Shown: positions 30,101 through 39,985 of the stretch, piece after piece
Layout: the number at the start of each line of letters is the position of its first letter
How positions within the stretch are numbered: the stretch's first letter is position 1
DNA from: Polyangiales bacterium
GTDB lineage: Bacteria > Myxococcota_A > Polyangia > Polyangiales > Houyiibacteriaceae
DNA: 64,000 nt
Assembly: GCA_045106895.1 (NCBI GenBank)
Contig: JBGCFM010000010.1
Location: 18,115 to 82,114 of the forward strand
Direction: 5' to 3'
Made by a program: the position numbers and the translations under genes
Notes under the pieces: generated by a model
The model's database searches: none
What the model was told of the DNA's origin: nothing
Seen by the model: only the letters and a program-made list of their open reading frames with translations

Positions 30101-30301
30101 CCTGGAGGGTGGCACTTTCGCGCCATTGCTCAAGGTTTTCCCGTCAACCTTCTTACGGATGCCAACTGCTCGTAACTAATCAGTTTTTAGAGAATCTCGG
30201 CGCCTGACGCCCAGCGGAGCCTGCTGCTCACACGCCATGGTCCGCTGAAAAACGGCCAAAAACTCTTGAAAATGGGGGTGTTAGGCAGAAAGTGGGCGGG
30301 C

Positions 30302-30317
30302 TGGCACACCGATTGCT
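30302..30317 (+). promoter_or_regulatory. Sigma54 (-24/-12) promoter
   Basis: TGGCAC-ACCGA-TTGCT matches TGGCAC-N5-TTGCW, in an intergenic region facing the 30479 gene. Confidence 0.75.
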
Positions 30318-30478
30318 CTACAGTTTGCCGCTCCCAGTTCCCCAATGCTTGTCGTGCGTTCCATGACAGCCCTCACCACCCGGTCATCGCCCTCTCTACC
30401 TGGGGCGTTGACAAAGACGCTCCATCTGACAGAGAAGAGCGCTTGCTTGTTCGTTAGCGAACCCTTCGGAGAGACTTC

Positions 30479-31969
30479 GTGAAGTACGTCCCACTTCTTA
30501 CTTTAGCGCTTATGATTGCCCTTCCAGCGCACGCTCAAACCGTGCCCGCTGAAGAGGCCCCCCCCACCGACGCTCCTGCGCCCGAGGTTGCCCCAGGCGA
30601 GGAGCCCGAGCCTGAAGTCAGCGAGCCTGTCGCAGAGCCCGAGCCCGAGGTGAGCGCGCCGGTAGCGGAGCCTGAGCCAGAAGTTAGCGAGCCGGAGCCA
30701 GAGGTCAGCGATGACGCGGCCGGGCTTGGTACCGCTTCCCCTGAAGCTCAGACTCAGGACGACCTGCAAGAAGCCGAGGCTGAAACGGGCGCGGCGGCAA
30801 CTCCGACCGAAGAAGCCGCCGCTTCCGCTGCGGAGCGAGCACGCGCCAGTAACGAGAACAGCGGAACGCTGTCTGCGGCCGAGCGCCTCGCCTCTGTTGC
30901 AGGTGGACAGGGTGTCCCGTGGACCTTCCCAATCAACTGGTCGAACAACCTCAGCGTCGACTCGTTGCGGCCCACACGTCGACTGACCTACAACCCCTTC
31001 TACTCGATGACGTTTAGCGCTGCGCCTCGCTACATCTTCTCGCCCGTTGTCTCGATCGGTGCGCGAATGTCCCTCGACGTGGAGTTCACCGACTCCAACC
31101 TCACGCCTGAAAGTCGCGACCTTGAGTGGGGAGACCTTCAGCTCGACACGACCTTCGCACTTCCATGGCATCCAGGTGGCCTCATCATCGCGCCAGCCGT
31201 CGCTGTGCGCTTGCCAACCAGCCAGCTCAGCCGTGGTCAGAGCCGCGCCCTTGGTCCAACAGCTCGACTCGGCATCATCAAGGTCTTTGGCGTCCTCGAC
31301 GGCCTCGTCGTGGGTGGCTCTCTTGGCTACACTTTTTGGGTTCATCATGACGGACAACGTCAGCAGCGCGTTGGCACCGCCGGCGCCGACAACACCGGCG
31401 TCGACAGCACAGGCCGACCGTTCGATATCAACGGCAACGCCGGCGGCGCACCAAGCTGCCCAGGCGCGTCGAACTCGCCGGATGCAACGAACTTCGGAGT
31501 CCGAGGGTGTGCCGGTGGCAACCAAGTCCGGCATCAGCCATCCATCGCGGCCTTCGTTTCGTTGGTCCCGGTCAACCACCTGACCGTGAGCGTGAGCTTC
31601 GCCGCGTTCTGGCTCGTGAACCGCGGTCATGATGTCAGCTACCTTTCCCCTGACCAGGTTGTGACAGCGGACGGTCAGCCTGTTGCCGTTGGCGACAACA
31701 GCCCCACGCACACGACGACTGTGACGTCGTTCTCCGCCAGCGTGAGTTGGGACTTTTCGTCTTGGCTCACCGCTTCCCTTGGCTACAGCACGCTCTCGTT
31801 CTACCCCGACAGCGATGGTTCGTTCGAGAACTTCATCTACAACGAGAACAGTCAGTTCAACTTGGGGCTTTCGTTCCGACCAGGAGCCCTCACCACGCAG
31901 CTTCGCTCTGAAGCCGCAGCCGAAGAAGAGCAGGCCGCTGAGGCCGCTCTTCAGCGCGTCGCTTTCTAG
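30479..31969 (+). CDS. Putative outer-membrane beta-barrel protein with acidic Pro/Glu-rich N-terminus
   Basis: Signal peptide ending AHA, EPEPEVS repeats, then amphipathic beta-strand pattern; GGAGA RBS upstream. Confidence 0.65.
   Translation: MKYVPLLTLALMIALPAHAQTVPAEEAPPTDAPAPEVAPGEEPEPEVSEPVAEPEPEVSAPVAEPEPEVSEPEPEVSDDAAGLGTASPEAQTQDDLQEAEAETGAAATPTEEAAASAAERARASNENSGTLSAAERLASVAGGQGVPWTFPINWSNNLSVDSLRPTRRLTYNPFYSMTFSAAPRYIFSPVVSIGARMSLDVEFTDSNLTPESRDLEWGDLQLDTTFALPWHPGGLIIAPAVAVRLPTSQLSRGQSRALGPTARLGIIKVFGVLDGLVVGGSLGYTFWVHHDGQRQQRVGTAGADNTGVDSTGRPFDINGNAGGAPSCPGASNSPDATNFGVRGCAGGNQVRHQPSIAAFVSLVPVNHLTVSVSFAAFWLVNRGHDVSYLSPDQVVTADGQPVAVGDNSPTHTTTVTSFSASVSWDFSSWLTASLGYSTLSFYPDSDGSFENFIYNENSQFNLGLSFRPGALTTQLRSEAAAEEEQAAEAALQRVAF
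30602..30709 (+). repeat. Coding tandem repeat, EPEPEVS(xPVA) x4
   Basis: Units of about 33 nt with synonymous divergence. Confidence 0.7.
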
Positions 31970-32044
31970 TCCAGCTAGTTCAGCAACATTCGAAAGCACC
32001 CATTGCCTCGGCAAGGGTGCTTTCCTGCATTAAGCTGGGCCCTC

Positions 32045-32503
32045 GTGAAACGGCTCATCATGGTTTTGCTCTCCGCTGCGCTCGTCGTTGGGGTCCTCAT
32101 TCTCACGTCGGACGCCTACTCCTTTCGCCCGTGGGTGGAGCTCGCTCACCCCGAGGTTCAGTGGATCAGCGGAACGTCCCTTGAGACCCAGCTTGAGGAG
32201 AGGGCGGACGTGATGCTGATCGATGTACGCACACAAGAGGAATACGACGCGAGCCACCTGCCGGGCGCTCTGCGGGCTGGCGCGACGCCGTCCCCAGGCC
32301 AAGCCGTGGTGGTGTACTGCTCCTTGGGTGTACGCAGCGCCGACTATGCGGAGCGGCTCCAAAGTGAAGGAGTCGAGGTACATAACCTCGATGGCGGCAT
32401 CTTTGCTTGGGCGAACGCCGGTCGCCCCATCGAGAATACAGACGGCGCAACGCGTGATGTGCACCCGTACAATCGCTTCTTCGGACTCTTCCTCGACGAG
32501 TAG
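32045..32503 (+). CDS. Rhodanese-like domain protein, exported or membrane-anchored
   Basis: IDVR..EY..SHLPGA, VVYCSLGVRS, NLDGGIFAW. Confidence 0.88.
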   Translation: MKRLIMVLLSAALVVGVLILTSDAYSFRPWVELAHPEVQWISGTSLETQLEERADVMLIDVRTQEEYDASHLPGALRAGATPSPGQAVVVYCSLGVRSADYAERLQSEGVEVHNLDGGIFAWANAGRPIENTDGATRDVHPYNRFFGLFLDE

Positions 32504-32548
32504 GTCGGAGCGGTTTGACGTCTTTCAAAAGAGGAGCACGCTCGCACC

Positions 32549-33541
32549 ATGAAGACAGTGTTCGTCGGCCAGACTGGTATGCGCGTTTCCGCTCTCGCGA
32601 TGGGGACGATGAGCTTCGGTGGCGACGCCGACGCCAAGACAAGCGGTGCGCTCTACGCTGCGGCGAGAGACGCGGGCATCAATCACTTCGACACCGCCAA
32701 TATCTACAACAAAGGTGAGTCCGAACGCATCCTTGGCCAGCTCGCCAAGAGCGACCGAGACCAACTCGTTCTTGGAACGAAGATCTACTTCGCTGCCGGG
32801 GCAGGACCCAACGACAGGGGCTCATCGCGCTACCACATTCGCGCCGCCGTGGAAGGTTGCCTTCGGAGGCTACAGACCGACCGCATCGATGTTCTGTACC
32901 TACACCGCTGGGATGAGGAGACGGCCCTTGATGAAACACTCCGCGCCGTCGAAGATCTGTGTCGCGCTGGCAAGGTTCTCTACCCAGCTGTCAGCAACTT
33001 TGCTGCGTGGCAAACGGCGAAGGCGCTTGGCGTCCAAGCGCAGCGGCAGTGGAGCCCGCTTTGTGCGATCCAGCCGATGTACAATCTTGTGAAGCGGCAG
33101 GCGGAGGTGGAGCTGCTGCCGATGGCCCTCGCCGAGGGACTGGCTGTCTTCCCTTACTCTCCCCTCGGTGGCGGCCTGCTTACAGGAAAGTACGGAACCG
33201 ACGCGCGGCCGGCATCTGGGCGGATCGTGGACAGCAAGATGTACCTGACGCGATATGGGCAAGAAGCGAACTTCGCGAGTGCCGGAGCCTTCACAGACTT
33301 TGCGGCGGAGCTCGGCGTTCACCCCGTTACTCTCGCCATCGCTTGGGTTCGAAGTCACCCCGCGGTGACCGCGCCCATTCTCGGCGCACGAAACGTCGAT
33401 CAGTTGGCCCCAGCTCTCGCCGCGGCGGAACTTGAGCTCGACGAAGAAACTCGGGCAAAGATCAGTGAACTGAGCGCGACGCCTGCGCCGGCCACCGACC
33501 GACGCGAAGAACAGAACGCCGACTTTCTAGGCGCGCGCTAG
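32549..33541 (+). CDS. Aldo/keto reductase
   Basis: GTMSFG, FDTANIY, GTK, IDVLYLH, QPMYNL, YSPLGGG. Confidence 0.95.
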   Translation: MKTVFVGQTGMRVSALAMGTMSFGGDADAKTSGALYAAARDAGINHFDTANIYNKGESERILGQLAKSDRDQLVLGTKIYFAAGAGPNDRGSSRYHIRAAVEGCLRRLQTDRIDVLYLHRWDEETALDETLRAVEDLCRAGKVLYPAVSNFAAWQTAKALGVQAQRQWSPLCAIQPMYNLVKRQAEVELLPMALAEGLAVFPYSPLGGGLLTGKYGTDARPASGRIVDSKMYLTRYGQEANFASAGAFTDFAAELGVHPVTLAIAWVRSHPAVTAPILGARNVDQLAPALAAAELELDEETRAKISELSATPAPATDRREEQNADFLGAR

Positions 33542-33558
33542 GAGCGAGGCGTGTTCAC

Positions 33559-34320
33559 CTAGCGGCCGATGCCGACGCCACCCGGGCCGACAATGCCGGT
33601 CCCGCTTGGCCCGCTGATGGTCTGTCCCATCGTCGCTTCGATCATCTGGCTATCCGCCGCTTCGATCATCTGGCTACCCGCCGCCTCGATGGGGCGCCCC
33701 CCTGGACCTCGGATGGTCTGTGCGCCCATGCCGTACGGGACCTCGGCTGGAGCGGCAGGCTCCGTCGGCGCGGCTTCCATGTTGGGTGGAGGCGCCACAG
33801 GTTCGAGTTCGATGCTCGTCGTAATCGTAATCGGCGCGTTCTCAATTTCGCCACGCAAGCGGACCCGCTGCAGTCGAGTCTGAAGGCAGGCGAGCGTCGT
33901 GGCTGGCATCGCAGGACCGGACACTGTTCCGCGGGAGATGATGCCGTTCTCTGTGACCACTGCGCTGAAACGGATCGACACGCGCGTCGTATGCATGCCG
34001 AGGGCGCCACAGCTCGTCGGTGAGCCGATGGCCGCGCGAAGCTCAGCCGCGAAGTCTCGCTCTGCGTCCGTCGTCTCTTCTTCCACCTCACGCGTCTCGC
34101 GGATCTCCGTCGGTCCCATGAGCCGCCGTTCCGGCGCTTGGTGTTGTGGAGCGAACGGGTCTGGTGTGGGAGTGGCGACTTCCGCGGCGACGGCGCCGCC
34201 CATGTTGTTGTTGTCTTGTACGCCGCGGGGTGGAGTTCGGTCGTCGTCCTCGCCGCATCCGAGAGCGGGGCCAAGAACGAGGGCCAGAGCGAGCCAGCGG
34301 GGAGCGTTGAGCCGTGCCAT
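33559..34320 (-). CDS. Hypothetical lipoprotein with AgmX/TonB-C-like core and low-complexity tail
   Basis: Lipobox ALGC, a Cys-paired alpha/beta core and IEAAxSQM 24-nt repeats near 33635-33690. Confidence 0.6.
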   Translation of the reverse strand: MARLNAPRWLALALVLGPALGCGEDDDRTPPRGVQDNNNMGGAVAAEVATPTPDPFAPQHQAPERRLMGPTEIRETREVEEETTDAERDFAAELRAAIGSPTSCGALGMHTTRVSIRFSAVVTENGIISRGTVSGPAMPATTLACLQTRLQRVRLRGEIENAPITITTSIELEPVAPPPNMEAAPTEPAAPAEVPYGMGAQTIRGPGGRPIEAAGSQMIEAADSQMIEATMGQTISGPSGTGIVGPGGVGIGR

Positions 34321-34377
34321 CGCTCCATCATAGTGCAAAGGACAAGACCCCGGCGAGTTCGTGGAGCCCTGCGAGGG

Positions 34378-36354
34378 CTAGAGTTGCAGCCCTACACGCT
34401 GAGCTTGCTCTCGCACGGAGCGGATGACGTCTTGTTGGCTAGCGATCACCGTGCGGGCTGTGGAGCGGTCTCGCGCGAAACTCTCTCCATACCTTCGCTC
34501 TCGTGTTCGAAGATGATCATCGAGACGGCAGATGCTCTCGATGGATCGAGCGAGTTGGAGTGCGGGCTGAGCGGCGCGCGGGCCGAGATCCGCCGCGTAG
34601 TCCTTGAGGCTCGCGAAGGACGGGTGGAAACACGGGAGCGGGTCACGAGCGACGAGTTGTTCGACGTGAGCGAGCTGTCGTAGGAGCTCGGCGCGATCTC
34701 CGGGTGGCAGTATCGTCTCGTCCCGTCGTTCGAGATCACGCCGGGCTCTGTCGAAGCTCCCTCGAAGACGGGTGATGCGCGTGGCTCGACTCGAGCGGTC
34801 TCCGTCAAGCTCCACGAGCTTCTCGCACATGAACTCCCTCGAGTGTGAGGTGGAGCGCGGCTGCATGTCTTCCGGTATTCCAGGCACGGCGCTCGGAGCG
34901 CGACACACCGTGCGCGCGTCAGTACCACGGCGCTCGGTTTCGTCGAGCCACCGAAGCACACGCTCGTAGTTTGCGATCCGAGCCTCGGCTTGACGAATCG
35001 TCGTGTTCCACGCGCTTCGGTTCGACTCGGCGGCGGCGCGCATGGCGTCCGCGACCGGCCCCGGCGGAGCTAGCGGCGGAGCCGTTTGCGATGGCGCTGC
35101 CGTTTGCGGTGGCGCTGCGGGTGGGGCGCCTACTTCCGGCGACTCGCGCCTGGTCGGTGTCATCGCGCTGGCGCGCGCATCCCTGCCGTCTTCCCCGTCG
35201 TCTTCCACGAAGCTTGGGGAAGCTTCGGGCGCGACAGAGGGCGCGATGACCTCGGGTTCGGCAACGACGTTGGGGGCGGCGACGGTATCGTCGAGGGAGG
35301 GTTCCATCCGGGCGGACGACACCTCTTGGGGGATGACCACACTCGACGCCGAGTTCAACACGATGCCAAGGGTGATGGCGCCGGCCGCGACGACGATGGC
35401 GAGCGCCACGGCCACCATACGTCCACGCTTCGGCTTCTGTTCCGGGACGAAGCGCGGCGTTGCACGGGTCGGCGGAAGAACCGGCTCGCTGAGAGCGCCC
35501 GCACTGACCGGCGCAGGAACGTCACCACGGGCGACGCGAACCAACGCCCGAAACTCCGCGACGCTGGCCGGGCGTCCATCGCGTCCTTTGCCCAGCGCGC
35601 GGAGAATCAGAGTCTCCAATTCGTCCGGGAGCTGAACACCGCGCATGCGCAAGGGCTGCGGCGGAGTCATGAGCACCTTCGAGAGAATGGCCGTCAGGTT
35701 GGGGCCCTCAAAGGGAGGGTGGCCGCAAAGCATCTCGTAGAGCACCGCCGAGAGCGAGTACACGTCCGAGCGAACGTCGAGCTCTTCGCCGAGGGCCTGC
35801 TCCGGTGACATGTACAGCGGCGTGCCCATCGTCTGACCCGTCGCCGTTAGCTTGGTGCGTTCGGGGTCCACGGATTTTGCGAGCCCAAAGTCCAGAAGCA
35901 CCGCGCGCTCGGGCAGCTCGCCTTCACGGCGAAGAAAAATATTCGAGGGCTTCAGGTCACGGTGCAGAACGCCCGCGGAGTGCGCTGCACCGAGGGCATC
36001 GGCGACCTCGTCAAAACGATCGAGGGCCTCGTCCATGGGCATCGCTCGTTGAGCGATTCGGCGCGCGAGGTCGATGCCAACGAGGTGGTCCATGACGAGG
36101 TACGCGAGGCCATCCTCGTTCTCGTGGAAGTCGTGAATCGCCACCACACCGGGGTGCCCGATCGCTGAGAGGGCTTCCGCTTCTCGCCGAAATCGTGGCA
36201 GGGCCGAGTCGTCGTTGTCCGTGAGAACCTTGAGCGCGTAGCTGCGCCCGGTGCGCACGTGTACGGCCCGATACACTTGGCCAATGCCGCCCTCGCCGAT
36301 GGGGGCTCCCACTTGGTAAGGACCAAGCTGTTGGCCGCTGAGACTCCCGCTCAC
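34378..36354 (-). CDS. Transmembrane Ser/Thr protein kinase
   Basis: GEGGIG, ALK, HRDLKPSN, DFG, GTPLYMSPE, TM helix, Pro-rich linker and helical outer domain. Start uncertain. Confidence 0.9.
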   Translation of the reverse strand: MSGSLSGQQLGPYQVGAPIGEGGIGQVYRAVHVRTGRSYALKVLTDNDDSALPRFRREAEALSAIGHPGVVAIHDFHENEDGLAYLVMDHLVGIDLARRIAQRAMPMDEALDRFDEVADALGAAHSAGVLHRDLKPSNIFLRREGELPERAVLLDFGLAKSVDPERTKLTATGQTMGTPLYMSPEQALGEELDVRSDVYSLSAVLYEMLCGHPPFEGPNLTAILSKVLMTPPQPLRMRGVQLPDELETLILRALGKGRDGRPASVAEFRALVRVARGDVPAPVSAGALSEPVLPPTRATPRFVPEQKPKRGRMVAVALAIVVAAGAITLGIVLNSASSVVIPQEVSSARMEPSLDDTVAAPNVVAEPEVIAPSVAPEASPSFVEDDGEDGRDARASAMTPTRRESPEVGAPPAAPPQTAAPSQTAPPLAPPGPVADAMRAAAESNRSAWNTTIRQAEARIANYERVLRWLDETERRGTDARTVCRAPSAVPGIPEDMQPRSTSHSREFMCEKLVELDGDRSSRATRITRLRGSFDRARRDLERRDETILPPGDRAELLRQLAHVEQLVARDPLPCFHPSFASLKDYAADLGPRAAQPALQLARSIESICRLDDHLRTRERRYGESFARDRSTARTVIASQQDVIRSVREQAQRVGLQL

Positions 36355-36400
36355 CTTGAGAGGGTGGCGAACGCGAGACGAACATGCCAGGGGATCCATC

Positions 36401-36943
36401 ATGAAACGCGCCGTACAGTCTGTCCTGGCACTGGCGGGGCTTGTTTTGCTCGGTTTCGCGCTGAGGTACACCCTCGACGACGGAGCCCCACGGAGCGAGG
36501 AGGCCATCGGGGACCCGGTGGACTCTGAAGTTGAAGACGAGGTTCGCCCGCCCGCCGCTTCTCGGCAAACCCCGCCAAGGGAGAACGGGGAGCCGCTTCA
36601 TGTGGCCGCGGAGACCGTGGAGAACGAAATGCTCGTCGAGCCAAGCGGCGCGACACAAACGAACGGGGAAGGGCTAGAGGCCGCGGGGGATGAGCTTCCA
36701 GCGCCCGAGTCCAACGAAGTGAGGCCGCTGAGGCGCTACCAAGACGATGACGCTCTCGCGATACGCCGCGCTCGCCAGATCGAGCTTGTGAGCGAGGCGC
36801 GTCGACAAGCTCGCGTCTCCCTTGAGGCAGCCGAGGAACGCGGCGATACCGAGAGCGCCGCGCAAACGCGCGGTGTGCTGCGGCGTCTAGAGCTGCGCCT
36901 CACGGCCCTGGAGGCCGCCGCTTCCTCCGCCGAGCCGTACTAG
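36401..36943 (+). CDS. Hypothetical membrane-anchored protein
   Basis: N-terminal hydrophobic helix, acidic linker and C-terminal helices; divergent from the kinase. Confidence 0.6.
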   Translation: MKRAVQSVLALAGLVLLGFALRYTLDDGAPRSEEAIGDPVDSEVEDEVRPPAASRQTPPRENGEPLHVAAETVENEMLVEPSGATQTNGEGLEAAGDELPAPESNEVRPLRRYQDDDALAIRRARQIELVSEARRQARVSLEAAEERGDTESAAQTRGVLRRLELRLTALEAAASSAEPY

Positions 36944-37045
36944 AGTAACTACGCACGGCCACATTGCGGCCGGAGCACGACAGCAAAATCGAAGCACTCT
37001 GACCAAAATGTGGCCGCAGTTATGAGATGCGCTCTAGTCGTCTGT

Positions 37046-38005
37046 CTATCGAAGAGCGAGGGCGAGGGCGAGGGCGGCCACTGCTAGGAGCGCGAAGATC
37101 CACCAGGTCGCGCCGGAGCCTTTGTTCGCGGCCGGCGCCGGTTCTGCTGGGAGGGAACCAAGAGCTGGGACGGAGGGTTCTTCGTCGGCCAAAGGAAAGC
37201 CGCCGGACGAGGTGAAGTCGTCCATGCGCGCTTCGCTGGATTCGAGGCGAGCTTCGCTTTCCGGGGCCGGCTTCAAGAGCGCCTCGCTGACGTTCTCATC
37301 GCCCTTGGGAGGTGGAGCAACCTTCACCAATTCGAACGGCACGGTGGACTCGCTCTCGGCCGGTGACGCCGACGCGAGTGGGGAAGGAGGCGGCGCGTTC
37401 ACGGTCACCGGAGCTGGAACTTCAGCGCTCTCCGGCTCAGTCTTTTCCACCGTCTTCGCTTTGGTCGCAGCCTCCGGCTTCGCTTCGGCGTCGGCGGCGG
37501 GTGGGGCGTCCATCGTCACGGGGCGCAGTTTGGGAATCGACGGCTGTGATTCTTGTTTCGGTGCCGCTTCAGACTCGACGGAAGCGCTCGGGCCAGGCCG
37601 CGCGCTCGCACGGCTGATGTGCTGTTCAAGGTGAGCGATGCTTCGAAGCAGCACAGGATCGTCCGGACGTTTGCTCAGCTCGGCACGCAACTTGACGAGG
37701 GCCTCGCCGTAGCGCTTCTCTCGGACAAGGACCACGACCTCAACGTCCACGGACAGCACAGAGGCTGCGTCTGCGAGTTCTGCTTTCTGTTCTGCCTCGC
37801 TCGCTTCATCCATGCTCGGCGGCATGTCGCTCTTACGCGCGGCGTAGCTCAACCCAAGTAGCGCACGTGGTTCGTCGGGCCGGCGGCGTAGAACTTCTTC
37901 AAAGCACCACCGCGCCTTTTCGATGTTCCCATCCGTCAGCTCTCGCCGTCCCTGCTCGATCAAAGCATCGACGGGATCGTAGTCCAGCGTCTCACGGTTA
38001 CTCAT
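37046..38005 (-). CDS. TPR-like protein with Pro/Glu linker and C-terminal membrane anchor
   Basis: A..CFEEVL...P..PRA TPR pattern; WWIFALLAVAALALALALR tail. Confidence 0.6.
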   Translation of the reverse strand: MSNRETLDYDPVDALIEQGRRELTDGNIEKARWCFEEVLRRRPDEPRALLGLSYAARKSDMPPSMDEASEAEQKAELADAASVLSVDVEVVVLVREKRYGEALVKLRAELSKRPDDPVLLRSIAHLEQHISRASARPGPSASVESEAAPKQESQPSIPKLRPVTMDAPPAADAEAKPEAATKAKTVEKTEPESAEVPAPVTVNAPPPSPLASASPAESESTVPFELVKVAPPPKGDENVSEALLKPAPESEARLESSEARMDDFTSSGGFPLADEEPSVPALGSLPAEPAPAANKGSGATWWIFALLAVAALALALALR

Positions 38006-38051
38006 CGCGGCCACGTCTTGAAGCGTGGCGGTGCGAATCGCAACGCGTCAC

Positions 38052-39977
38052 TCATTCGATCTTCACAAGGAGGACGCCGGCGTCGACGGCGTCGCCGCTT
38101 TTCGCCCGAATCTCTTGAACTATTCCGGCTTCGGCTGCGACGAGCACGTGCTCCATTTTCATCGCTTCGACGACGATGAGGGGCGCGCCGGCCTCCACAC
38201 TGTCTCCCTCAGATACGTGAACTGTCACGATCGTGCCCGGCATCGGACTCACGACTGTGCCCGCGTCACGCTCCGCACCGGGAGCGGCGAAACGTGTCTC
38301 GCGGGAGATGTGGTGCGACTCGCCAAGCAGCGAGACGAACGCGTCGTCACCGCGCCAGCGCACGCGTGGTGAGAAGCGCCGCCCATCAACTTCGACGTCC
38401 TCGCCGACGAAGTGTCCGCGATGTTCGCCGTCGTTGATACGAAAGGAAATCGACGAGTCGCGTTCGCCGCGCCAGGAAACAGCAAACTCACGCTCCCCAG
38501 ACGTCCACGTTTCCGTGACCGAATAGCGTGGGTTGTTCGAGAAGCCCAACGAGACGCTTGGTTGCTGAGAGCGCTTGGCAAAGCCGCGTTCCAGGTCTCG
38601 CATCATCGCGACGACTATCGCGAGCGTCTGATGTTGAGCAGGGTGCTGCGGTGCATGCGTGTTGAGAAAGTGTGTGCTGACGCCCCCGCGGACAAAGCCT
38701 TCGCTCTCGAGGACCGAGATCAACAGGTCTCGATTGGTCGTGATGCCAAGAATGGAACATCGTCGTAGCGCCATTCGCAGCCGCGCGATGGCTTGGTCAC
38801 GTGTGTCTCCCCGAGCGATTACCTTGGCGAGCATCGGGTCGTAGTGAACGCTGACTTCGCTACCGCTCTCGACGGCGCTGTCTATGCGAACGCCTTCTTG
38901 CGAAGGGAAGTTCCAGTCGAGGACCGTACCCGTCTGCGGCAAGTAGTCAGCGCCTTCGGCGTAGAGTCGAACTTCGACGGACGCTCCGCGTGGCGTGGGC
39001 ACAGCTGGTAGCGGACGCCCTTCGGCGAGGCCGAGCTGCCACTCCACAAGATCGATGCCGAGGACGTCTTCGGTGACCGCGTGCTCGACCTGAAGTCGCG
39101 CGTTGACCTCAAGAAAGAAGAAGTCCTCGCCTTGGACGATGAACTCGACGGTTCCCACGTTCGCATAGGACACGGCTCTGCCCACCTTGACGGCGGCGGC
39201 GTGGATGGCGCTGCGGAGCTCGTCGCTCAGACCCGGGGCGGGGCTCTCTTCGACGACCTTCTGATGGCGTCGCTGCACCGAGCAGTCGCGCTCATAGAGA
39301 TGAGCGACGTTCCCGTCGGCATCTCCGGCGATTTGAACTTCGACGTGGCGGCCTTCGTCGATGTAACGCTCGAGGATCAGCTCGCTGTCGCCGAAGGCTT
39401 TCTGGGACTCACGACGTGCGCTCTCCAGCGCCGCCTCAAGTTGGTCGGCGCTATCGACGCGCTTCATCCCTTTGCCGCCGCCGCCGGCGCTCGCTTTGAT
39501 CAGCAAGGGGTAGCCGATGCGTGTGGCTTCCGCGGCAAACGAGGATGGGTCCGAGCCGTCGTAGCCAGGCACGACCGGGACCCCCGCCGCCATCATCGCT
39601 GCCTTGGCTTCGCGCTTTGCGCCAACAGCCCGCATCGTGTCCGACGAGGGGCCCACGAAAATGAGGCCCGCAGCACGCACGGCTTCGGCGAACTCGGCAT
39701 TCTCCGCGAGGAAACCGTAGCCTGGGTGAATTGCGTCGGCGCCGGCGCGTTTCGCCGCGCTCAACACCGCGTCCGTGTTGAGGTAGCTCTCGCTTGCTGC
39801 AGCGGCGCCGATGCGAATCGCCTCGTCGGCATGCCGGACAAAAGGAAGGTCAGCGTCCGCGTCGCTGAACACGGCGACGCTCTCCACACCAAGGCGGCGG
39901 CAGGTTCGAAAAATACGGCTGGCGATCTCGCCTCGATTGGCGACCAGAACTCGGCGAATCTTCTTTGCGTTAGTCAT
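38052..39977 (-). CDS. Acyl-CoA carboxylase alpha subunit (biotin carboxylase plus BCCP; AtuF/LiuD/AccA2-like)
   Basis: ANRGEIA, HPGYGFLAEN, GGGGKGM, RDCSVQRRHQK, EAMKM biotin motif. Confidence 0.95.
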   Translation of the reverse strand: MTNAKKIRRVLVANRGEIASRIFRTCRRLGVESVAVFSDADADLPFVRHADEAIRIGAAAASESYLNTDAVLSAAKRAGADAIHPGYGFLAENAEFAEAVRAAGLIFVGPSSDTMRAVGAKREAKAAMMAAGVPVVPGYDGSDPSSFAAEATRIGYPLLIKASAGGGGKGMKRVDSADQLEAALESARRESQKAFGDSELILERYIDEGRHVEVQIAGDADGNVAHLYERDCSVQRRHQKVVEESPAPGLSDELRSAIHAAAVKVGRAVSYANVGTVEFIVQGEDFFFLEVNARLQVEHAVTEDVLGIDLVEWQLGLAEGRPLPAVPTPRGASVEVRLYAEGADYLPQTGTVLDWNFPSQEGVRIDSAVESGSEVSVHYDPMLAKVIARGDTRDQAIARLRMALRRCSILGITTNRDLLISVLESEGFVRGGVSTHFLNTHAPQHPAQHQTLAIVVAMMRDLERGFAKRSQQPSVSLGFSNNPRYSVTETWTSGEREFAVSWRGERDSSISFRINDGEHRGHFVGEDVEVDGRRFSPRVRWRGDDAFVSLLGESHHISRETRFAAPGAERDAGTVVSPMPGTIVTVHVSEGDSVEAGAPLIVVEAMKMEHVLVAAEAGIVQEIRAKSGDAVDAGVLLVKIE

Positions 39978-39985
39978 CGGTAGCC

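Noticed and set aside
30408..30436. TTGACA -35 box
   Set aside because: No credible -10 hexamer at 16-18 nt spacing.
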